From the NCBI RefSeq assembly GCF_006345805.1, contig NC_043008.1, forward strand, positions 57,722,001 through 57,786,000: DNA of 64,000 nt. The letters are read 5' to 3'. The stretch comes from Octopus sinensis. Lineage: Eukaryota. The notes under the pieces are model-generated. The model saw only the letters and a list, made by a program, of their open reading frames with translations, was not told where the DNA came from and made no database searches. Positions 10,521 to 20,427 of the stretch are shown in pieces. Both the position numbers and the translations under genes were made by a program. Each line of letters starts with the position of its first letter. The stretch's first letter is position 1.

Positions 10521-10940
10521 GGTGTAGGAGTGGCTGTTTGGTAAGTAGCTTGCTTACCAACCACATGGTTCTGGGTTCAGACCCACTGCGTGGCACCTTG
10601 GGCAAGTGTCTTCTACTATAGCCTCAGGCCGACCAAAGCCTTGTAAGTGGATTTGGTAGACGGAAACTGAAAGAATCCCATCATGTGTGTATATATATGT
10701 GTGTGTGTGTGTGTGTATGTTTGTGTGTCTGTGTTTGTCCCCCCCAACATCGCTTGACAGCCGAAGCTGGTGTGTTTACGTCTCCGTAACTTAGCGTTTC
10801 GGCAAAAGAGACCAATAGAATAAGTACTAGGCTTACAAAGAATAAGTCCCGAGGTCGATTTGCTCGACTAAAGGCGGTGCTCCAGCATGGCCACAGTCAA
10901 ATGACTGAAACAAGTAAAAGAGTAAAGAGTAAAAGAGAGT
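10521..10940 (+). mobile_element. SINE family A, full length
   Basis: Colinear with the other A copies; the tail ends ~175 nt from the donor at 11115. Confidence 0.9.
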
Positions 10941-11115
10941 TTATTCTCACTTTTTCTTTTAGAATATATTCTGTTAAAGTGAATATAATGAAGATAAATG
11001 AATGCAAAAACGAAAACAAAATACAGCTCAAATTCAAAATAAGTATCAAATGTAGCTGATAAATGCACAGACATTCAAAATCAAATGAATTTAAGAGGCT
11101 TTGTGGTATACGTAC

Positions 11116-11328
11116 AGTGACAGCAACTTGAGTCCTTGTTGTATAAGCATACTGTGGAGCTGCATGAGCTGTCTGGTAACTATCATAGGCTGATTGTCCA
11201 GCTCTAGGGGCAGCAGTAGCATAAGCTGCCTGGGGTGCTGCAACATATGCAGTTTGCGCTGCTGGATAAGCTGCTGCAGTCTGGGCATTTGGCAAGGGAT
11301 ATATGAACTGTGCCATTTTCACTATGGG
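11116..11328 (-). CDS. ZFR: ZFR exon (first coding exon found); A/Y/Q-rich N-terminus, candidate start ATG at 11316-11314
   Basis: Acceptor tcaatttttcag|CCCATAGTGAAAATGGCA; donor GTCACT|gtacgt (phase 0). Reads PIVKMAQFIYPLPNAQTAAAYPAAQTAYVAAPQAAYATAAPRAGQSAYDSYQTAHAAPQYAYTTRTQVAVT and joins the next exon in frame. The ATG has A at -3 and G at +4. Confidence 0.9.
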
Positions 11329-11566
11329 CTGAAAAATTGAAGAGGAAAAAAAAAAAAAATTAATATTTAATCTAAACATATGGAGAGAGAGAGAAAAAAA
11401 ATCCAACAACAAAATTTTACAAATACTAATTTATTATGCTGGGAGGTAGGTAATAGTAACGGCAGCACTAGATTGCTGCTTCAACAATAATGAAAACAAA
11501 TTAACCCTATTAATGCAAATGAATGGTGAATGTTTATAAATCTTAGTGGCAGGAATGCAGAACTTG

Positions 11567-12015
11567 CATATCATCATCATCATCATCATCACCACCATTT
11601 AGCGTCTGCTTTCCATGCTAGCATGGGTCGGATGGTTCAACTGGGGTCTGGGAAGCCAGAAGGCTGCACCAGGCCCAGTCTGATCTGGCAATGTTTCTAC
11701 GGCTGGATGCCCTTCCTAACGCCAACCACTCCAAGAGTGTAGTGGGTGCTTTTTACGTGCAACCGGCATAGCTGCCAGACGGGGCTGGCAAATGGCCACG
11801 GTCGGATGGTGACTTTTACGTGCCACCAACACGGGGCCCAGGCGAGGCTGGCAACGGCCACGGTCAGATGGTGCTTTTTACGTGCCACCGGCACAGAGGC
11901 CCATCGAGGCGGCGCTGGAAATGGCTACATTCGGATGGTTCGCTTACGTGCCACCGGCACTGGTATCACAGCTAAAATTTCCATTGATGTTGATCGATTT
12001 CGATTTTGATTCTCT
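11567..12015 (-). mobile_element. RTE 3' UTR (family C) with four tandem cores
   Basis: (cat)n tail on the left; cores start at 11745, 11808, 11870 and 11937. Confidence 0.8.
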
Positions 12016-12094
12016 AAAGAAAAATAACCATCTCAGGCTGATTATCCTACTCTTTAAACAGCAATAGCATAAGCTGTTGTGGGCTGCATATTTG

Positions 12095-12455
12095 ACAAGG
12101 TGCTGGTAAGAAGTTTGCTTCCCAACTACAGGGTTTCATGTTCAGTCCCACTTTATAGCATTTTGGGCAAGTGTCTTCTACTATAGCCCCAGGTTAACTA
12201 AAGCCTTGTAATGCAAGTTTCGTGCATGTGTTACCGTCTTCTTATCTTGACATGGCGTAAAATTTTTAAGCAAGTGTTACCATCATCAAAGTATGTCCAT
12301 TTCCAATCTCCCAAGACATGGTCTCTGGTTGTGGGGAGACATTTTACTTGGAAACACTATGGTTGATGACAGGAAGGGCATCCAGCCATAGGAAATCTGC
12401 CTCAAGAAATTTCACCCAACCCATGTGAGCATGGAAAGGACATTAAATGATGATG
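12095..12455 (+). mobile_element. SINE family D: A-like tRNA head with RTE-derived tail
   Basis: Head gttcagtccc...ttgggcaagtgtcttctactatagcc; tail aggaagggcatccagcc...aacccatgtgagcatggaaaggacattaaatgatgatg. Second copy at ~22990-23370. Confidence 0.7.
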
Positions 12456-12504
12456 TTCTTATGTTTGAAGAATCATGAACTGATGTCAAGTAAGACAGAG
12501 CTTT

Positions 12505-12770
12505 CAATGTCCATTTTCCATACTTGCATGGGTTGGACAGTTTGACAGGAGCCTGGTGCAAACTGGAAGGTTGCACCAGGCTCCAGTCATCTGTTTTTGG
12601 CATGGTTTCTACAGATGGATGCCCTTCCTAATGCCAACCACTTTACAGAGAGTACTGGGTGCTTTTTACATGGCACCGGCATGGGTTCTCTTACATGGCA
12701 CTGGTATGGGTGTTCCTTTAAGTGGTGCCAGCCTGGGTGCCTTATACATGGCACCAGCACAGGTGCTTTA
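12505..12770 (-). mobile_element. RTE 3' UTR fragment (family C, older variant)
   Basis: catgggttggacagtttgacagg...gatgcccttcctaatgccaacc...ggtgctttttacatggcaccggca. Confidence 0.75.
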
Positions 12771-14799
12771 AGCTTTTAGCTTATGAGAAAATACAAACCT
12801 TTTTATTGTAAATTCTACATAATTCGGTTATAAACAAGAAGTTGACAAACCCTTGGTCACCGACCTTACAAGACTGATTGGTGGTTTAAAACAAAATTGG
12901 GTTCAGAGGACTTTTTAGTCAGGTGACCAAATGAATGTTTGGTGTGCTAGTTACAGTCACAATAAAACAAAAATTAAGTGGAAGATATATTGTGATGTTA
13001 TGCTTATAGGCAATTTTGAACTGAAAAATTATGCGGGGGAATAAAAATGAGGAAACAGCTATATATGAATAGATCGTTTGTGTCAAGATGTCATTAAAAA
13101 ATTTTTTTTTTTTAATTTGAAAAATGTTGAATTTGGTGGTAAATTGAAACCATTACCAAATTAAATGTTACATTCATTAGAAGAAAAGAAAAAACCCAAT
13201 TCATTACTAAACACATGTTGAAATTTCAAATTCATAAGGATAAAGTTACAAAGAGACTTTTCAGATAATTCTAATGTTTTATATTTTCTGAAAACCAAAT
13301 CATGCAGAGTCAGCTGCAGGTGGTTTTTCGCAGAAAATTTTCTGTAAATTCTAACAAGAGCTTCAAAGGGATAATTATAAAAACATTATGCTACATTAAC
13401 TATAATTAAAGTATCTAATATCAGTTTGTCTGACAGGTACACTATAAAATTACTCATTTTCAAAGTGTTAATTTTTAAACTAAAACTTTCCATTTTATGT
13501 AAGAATGTTTTGTTATATCTCAAACATGAACTAAATATCGCATTTTGTTAACCCTTTTACAGCGGAAATCGGATATCCACTCAAAATTTCATTACTCTTA
13601 ACTAAGGAAAGCATTTTAATATATCTTTTGTTGAATAACGGGCATGTTTGGAATTTATTTATTTTTTTTTTTTTTTGTCGAGCTAATGTGGAGTTTATTG
13701 CAGCAACATAATTTGCAGAAAAATACTAATTTTATTTTTTGGTAAATATTTAAGATTACTGGAATAACCATGAAATTTAATTTCAGTTTAATTGCCCTAT
13801 TTACTACATCTTAGGTAATGAATAGGCCATCTCCACATTCAGTAATAATTTAAATTGTAATACTTTGTTAACTTTTAATACTGTCAAGTTTTGTAATTTG
13901 CTTATTTCAGAAGCACGGGTATAGGAACAAGGACCAAATAGCCATAAACTGCGAATTTCTATTTTGTTGTAGCGGAAGCACAACCAACAGCAGAACATAT
14001 GAGAAGGGTTAACAACATCAACCGTGATCCTATAGAGATGAAATCAATTGTGTGTCCCCGTTTATTTTGATTGTAATATATAGAAAAAAATGGACAACTT
14101 TGCATGTCATAGGGCTGGCAGTTTTTAATTATGTAAACAAATGTACAGCATTTGTTATATATTCATTAGGAGTTCAATACATGATAAATACTAATTAGGA
14201 GCCTAGTTCATAAAAGCTGGTCTTCATTCCAGCTTGGAGCCAATTCACATCCATCTGCATCTTTGGATGAATCTGATAATTCATGGGCTTTCTATTTAAT
14301 TAATAGTAACTAATATCAACCTTTTTTGTTACCATATTTCTGTCTGATGCACCTTAACTTTGTTTCATTTACTCTTGAAAAGGAAAAATTTAATCAGATA
14401 ACTATGTTGTTATTAAACTGGTGTTTAAAACAAATTAACAAAATTTCGATAAAATGTTTTAATTTAGATAACTTTAGAACCAGAAGCAGTTTCAGGCAGG
14501 TTTGTATCAAAAGCAGGGCTGTACAGTTGGAGTTGGTAAAACTATACTGCCTCACTCACAATATCCTTATTCTTTAATATAAACCAGTTATAACATATAG
14601 GCCTCCTCAAAGTACAAGTGTATGCATATGCTTTATGAGATATGTAGACCACAATCACTTAATTACACAAAGAGGAGTGAGAGTTGGAGATGCCAATAGT
14701 AGAGGAGCCAAGTTTTTGTTTCTACTCCACAGCCCTGATCAAAAGGATTAAATGTATTTATCATTCCTATTAAGAAAAGAATTCTTTATGAATAATGGT

Positions 14800-14995
14800 T
14801 TTATTCTTTCAGGGAAGGGGTATAAAGTTGATTACATCAATCTCAGTGTTCAACTGGTAATTATTTTATCAAACCCAAAAGAAGGAAATGCAAAGTCAAT
14901 CTTGGTAGAATTTGAACTCAGATTGTAATGTATTGAAAGAAATACTGCAAGGTATTTTTGTTTGATGCTATAATGATTCTGCCAGCTCACCATCT
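14800..14995 (-). mobile_element. SINE family B (diverged); further copies at ~29352-29572 (+), 31035-31235 (-), 44830-44995 (-), 45225-45422 (-), 62200-62412 (-)
   Basis: Shared aactggtacttattttatc-accc--aaggatgaaaggcaaagtcaa...atttgaactcaga...attctgccagc. Confidence 0.75.
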
Positions 14996-16665
14996 TATTA
15001 TCCTACACAATAAAAAATGATAATCACAAAAATACAGCTGGTTTTAATTAGCTACTATTTATTTCTTACTTTAAAAAGTTACCATTTGATTGACAGCTGA
15101 GTCTCATTATCTAGTATCAAGTTAAAAATAAACCTTTGGCTGTCGATTAATCAGACAAGTACTAACTGATAAAGCTCTTTTTGATGTGTTACTGATTGGT
15201 TGCACTGACTAATCAATATTGAACCCACTCCCCTCACAATAACAACAAAAAAAGTCCTCTTTTCTAATGTTGTTAGGTCTCTTGAGATGTATACTAACAG
15301 CAAAAACCTTACCTTAACAATAGACACCATCATACAAAGAGAGTTCTATTTACCTAACTCATAAGTAGCCATACACACACACAAATTCAGTTCTGAAATC
15401 AATATAGCCTTTAAAACCAGAATGGAGTTGAAGGAAAGCATCGATGAACAATTAGCTTAAACATTCAATGTTTTATCTTCATTTCTGAAGATGACGAAGT
15501 TGCAAGGTTGACCTCTCTGAAAAGCCAGCCAGGACACACATACAACAGATGAAGTAAAACAGCACTAAAACTTTTTTCCTCCTATTATCCTGAAAAGGTG
15601 CAATGTACCAAACCTACATAAAAGAATAGGGGTTACTGATCTAGGTTAGTGCAGTCATAGCAACAGATCTGCAGTACTGCTCTTAACCAGCAACACTTTA
15701 GTTACAGTTAGTTCTACAGAAATGAGAATATGAGGTCCTCGTAACACAACATTTACCTGCAAATTAGTTTTCTATAGCTAAGTGAGATATTAGCTGACTC
15801 CTCCTATAGTGTGCTGTGTCATCACCATCAAAAGTTTAATGTGTATGCACCAACATAAGACATGTTAAAGGTGTTACTTCAAGTATTACTATCTACCATC
15901 CTTCAAGACCAATGCTCCAATTAGTAGCCACTAGATAATAAAAAAATTTTCAACCAGAAGCTTTGACAGCATTGTTATCAATGTGAGTATTGATTAATGG
16001 TTTATTAATCAAGATGTTGTGGGTTTCAAATGATATTAACGGCTCTCCTTTGAAAATAAAACAGACACCCATAAAATCAATACACCAATTAATTAGTTAT
16101 GAGCTAGGTGCAAACTGGTTGGTAGGCTGAAGTGTCCAGCTAACAAGCCCATACATACGTCATGAGTTTCATTCATCATATGTTTTGCCTACAATGATAG
16201 TACATATTTAGAGTTGCCCCAGTGTATCAAGTTCTAGTACTATATGGTATAAAAAAAACAACTATATCTTTTCAAGTACAAATTAAAAACAAAAAAACAA
16301 ACTTGAAGCAAATTAGAATTAATCTTAAAAAAGCAAACTGAAACAAATTCAAAAATGAAAGTAATCTCAAAACAAAATAATCTTAGAAGAAACCCTTTAG
16401 CATTTAAACTAGCCCAAATATTCCGTTTTATATTCAAACCGGCCAGATCCAGTTTCTCACTTATTCTACAATATTATTCTAAAAAAAAACAATTACATCA
16501 TTGAAATCTGAAGGCTACAGGATACTGCATGATTAATTCAAAACAATGTGAATGAATAAGTGTTAAAACGTGGATATTTTGATGAAATATAATAAGGCAT
16601 CTAAGTTTTGATTTGCTGGAAGTTACAGGGATTCATTTGAAACCTGAAGTAATTTCATTTGAATA

Positions 16666-17470
16666 CAAGGTGCATTCCGGATGTTTTGAAACTGTCAGGA
16701 GACAATTTCAAAGTACAAAACATCTCCAGAGTAGGATCCTCCGACTTCGGTATACTCGTCATAGCACTCTAGCCACTTTGTGAAGGCCCCATGAATGTCT
16801 TCCAAAGTGAAGGTGTTCAGGACCCTTGACACAGCCTCCATATTCTCATGTCTTCAAAACAACTGCCTGAGGGAGCAACCAAAAGTCACAGGGACACTGT
16901 AGGGAGGGTGAGGGGCAGTTTAAATACCCATCTTTGTTGTGGGGTTGATTACCAGGATGGAATTGTGGACTGGTGTAGGTGTTCTGGCCTTTTCTGAACT
17001 CCCCACCAAACCTCCACAAAGTGCTCTTTGTCCACTGTCTGGCCAGAGAGAATCCAGTGAATGTAGATGATACCCTTGCTGTCAAAAGAGAAGAGCGTCA
17101 TAAGCTTCCAAATGAAACTGCTTAGCCTGGCCTCTTGCACAGAGAAAAACTGATATTCGGTTTATACAAGTTAATCCGCAAACAGTCTGGATCACTTTTG
17201 CCCAATTTAACACAAAATTCTATTAATTAGTGAACTTCCAAATTGTCTTCACGTCCTGATTGCATTTTGCAAACTAGTCAGGAGACAAGCAGTGTTTAGT
17301 AGAGTGTGTCTGAAGTGCTGTTATAGCTACCTCCTTCAACCTGGAATAATAAAAGTTGGCAGGTCAGCTATTTACATGTATGGTAATTGTATACTAAATT
17401 ATAATAATCTAGAACAGTTATAACTGCCCCCCCCCAAAAAAAAGTCTTAAAACTTCTGGAATGTACTTCG
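16666..17470 (-). mobile_element. Internally deleted mariner element
   Basis: TA|CAAGGTGCATTCCGGATGTTTTG left end and a ~75% matching inverted right end; minus-strand FDSKGIIYIHWILSGQTVDKEHFVEV resembles the mariner catalytic region. Confidence 0.75.
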
Positions 17471-18058
17471 TGCAATACTGTATTTACTTATGGAAACTAA
17501 AGTCTAAAATTAACAATAGCTTATATCAAACTACAGGTATGGGTATTTCACGATGTATGAAACACAACTGAAAGGGATGTATGTGTGTGTATTAAAAAGA
17601 CAAAAAAAAAAGGTCAGCACTTGAAATTGTTATACATGTACTATTTACTGCTGAACAAGAAGATGGGAAATTCATTACTGCTACATAAGGGTGTTAAGAA
17701 TACAACAGCATATAATAGATACGCAGAATCACTATTTGCATTGTGAAGGTGCCCATGACAAAGTCAAGAAAACACAATATCAACATATAGTGGCATTTGT
17801 TGAGTGCTTAAATGAATTCAATCAATTAACATCGAAGAATCTTTACGAGAAAGTTTACATTCAATGCAATGACTGACTGTGTCCCCATTTCAGTTGAAAT
17901 ATGATATCATTGAAGCAAGTGCATTTACAGCCACAGTAAATGTATTTTGTAATTTCTAAAACATGATCCTCATAAGCTCATACAAAATGCTTTGATACTT
18001 GTTGAAAGACTGTTGCCACTTAAAAACTGTAATATATTACTTGTTTGATGAAAGCATA

Positions 18059-19274
18059 CGAGGGTGTGCTGAAAGGTTCACAGGCTGATTATGAAGGAGT
18101 GATGCTAGAGCTGTGAAATCTTGCATGCATTAATTTCAACTCTTCTTATTAATAACAGCATTCTCTTTCTAGGTAAATTGACGTTTGACTGTTCAAAGAA
18201 GTCTTCAAAAGTAACTAGTAGTGACGTCTCTTGATAAATTGACAATATTTGGCATCATGGTGTTATCAAGTACTTACAGTAAAAGGGTTTAACCCCTAAG
18301 AACATTCATGCTGACATTGCTGCTACATTAGGGATGATGCTCTAACATTATCAATAGTGCTAAGGAGGGAAAAGGAGAGTCTTGAAAATGACCCTACATC
18401 TGGATGTCCTGCAACTGCCACAACCGAGGAAAACCGATCATGTTCACCACATGGTGATGGCTGACAGGTGACTGACTATAAATCAAATAGCCAATGCTAT
18501 TAGCATATCTTGTGAGAGAGTTGATAATATTCTGCATAATAAACTCGGCATGGTGAAGACTTCTACTCAGTGGGTGCCACATCTGACATATAATCAAAAG
18601 TTCACCAGGCTGATCACATCACAGGAAAATCTAACATTGAGGTAGATTTAGTTACTGTCCTCAAACATTCCCTAAGCCAGGATTACTTTGAGCCAAAGAC
18701 AGAGATAATCCATGCAGTGGAAGCACCCTGCCTCATCTGCTCCAAATAAAGTCAACGTCGTTTCATCTGCATGGGTAGTGATCGCCTTAGTTTTTTGGGG
18801 TATGAAAAAGGCACTCATTGATTAGTTTCAAAAGGACCACACACCATCAATAGAAAGTACTATGCCAACTTGCTGAGGAAGTTACAAAAGGCTACCAAGA
18901 CCAAGCACCCAGGAAAACTGATGAAAGGGGTTTTGTTTCATCAGGACAAAGCTCCAACAAACAAATCCTTGGTTTCAAAGGCTGCTGTATGTAACTTTGA
19001 ACTGGCTGATCATCCTCCCTATTTTCCTGATTTGGCCTTGTCTGACTATCATGTTCCCCAACTTGAAAAAAACACTTGGTTGGGAACTACTATCACAGTG
19101 ATGATGATGTTATTTCTGCTGTTAAGTTTTTTCACCAACAGGATAAAAGTATCTTCAGTGAGATCTAAGCACTGCAACACTAATGAAAGAAGTGTGTGGA
19201 CTACAAGGGGGACTATGTTGAAAAATAAACCTCATTTGGTTATGTCGTCCTATGAACTTTTCAGCTGACCTTCA
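18059..19274 (+). mobile_element. Near-full-length (1216 bp) mariner with a disrupted transposase
   Basis: TA at 18057-18058 and 19275-19276; TIRs cgagggtgtgctgaaaggttcacagg / cctatgaacttttcagctgaccttca; broken frames contain WVPHL, VLFHQDKAP and DHPPYFPDLALSDYH. Confidence 0.92.
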
Positions 19275-19382
19275 TAAAAAGTATTAATTAAAAATTTTCA
19301 AACATTGCACCAAGATTATTTTAATTTGCTTCAGATTTTAATTTATGCTTGAAAGGGTGAAGTTATAAAAGGTCAGGTAAAA

Positions 19383-19414
<32 letters not shown>

Positions 19415-20030
19415 CAAGCTGACAAGATATCTTTACAGATAGAATTAAAAAACAAAGCAAAAGAGAAAAAAGTATGTTTGGCATATCACTATGGAAACAC
19501 ATTTGTAAGATTTCTGATAAGATGTGATATTTATTAAACTCTACCATTTGAAAAGGCAAATTCTGCTGTTAATTACTCTTAAAAATTCCAAATACAAACA
19601 AATTCCAGAACATGTTATTTAAACAAATTATAAATACTGCATCAGTGAGATAATAAACATTGGGTGAGAAGAACAGAACAAAAAATGGCTTCTTCATGGT
19701 TATTGTTGGTTTTCAAAGCCAGACAGTGATGGAAACCTTAGAAATGGTGAGAGATTCAGAATTACAGACAGGCTAACAAAGAAGAAATCCAAGTATATTC
19801 TGTACAGTAGACTCGTCTAATTTATGCTATTTTAATACTGAGAAATATTTTAACAGTCAAAAACAATCATTTACCATACAGAAAATAAAATTACAATCGG
19901 TAACAATTGGGCTAGAGCTAGAAATGTTGACAATATCGGTATCCAAGCACAGCTTCTATGTGGTTAGTAAACCTGGTAGAAATGATAGTAAATTCTCCCC
20001 AAAGTCACTCTACCTTCTAAAAGCAAGGAC

Positions 20031-20427
20031 AGATCTTTTCGGTTTGAACATAATTTCTAGGTAACTAAAAAATTTTAAACTTCGTATACTGGTAGAATGT
20101 GTTTATAAAACATCTTTTTCTCTTGGCTTTGAGAAAATTCTATAGTTTGTAAGATATTTGTTGTTTTTTTTCTTCAATTTCTGCAATTTCAACCAATCAG
20201 TGATGTCTATTGAATTAAAAAGCATTCTGTGCCATATGAATACGCCCCTCATTTAAAAAACAGATTGGGTTTATTTACATTTGTGAAGAAAAAAAAGATA
20301 CCCTTCCCCCACACCTAACTAACCCTAAAACAGATTGAAATGCAATAGATAGATTCTAGGGTCATAATTATGTGTCAATTTCATATGACACCACTAGAAA
20401 TAACTGCCGTTCAAATCGAAAAGATCT
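20031..20427 (+). mobile_element. MITE of the 8-bp-TSD family
   Basis: AGATCTTTTC...GAAAAGATCT flanked by gcaaggac / gcaaagac (7/8 match). Confidence 0.85.

Noticed and set aside
11745-11960. CRISPR-like repeat-spacer appearance of the family C cores
   Set aside because: The repeats are degenerate, the spacers are related to each other, the unit sits inside a dispersed retroelement UTR in a eukaryotic intron, and there are no cas genes.
13804-14029. Possible poison exon after the acceptor tttcatctctatag|GATC (-)
   Set aside because: No adequate donor downstream and no homology.
15310-15590. Several acceptor-like sites and an AAG|gtaagg donor (-)
   Set aside because: No unique exon can be defined and no ZFR-like coding content; compatible with chance.
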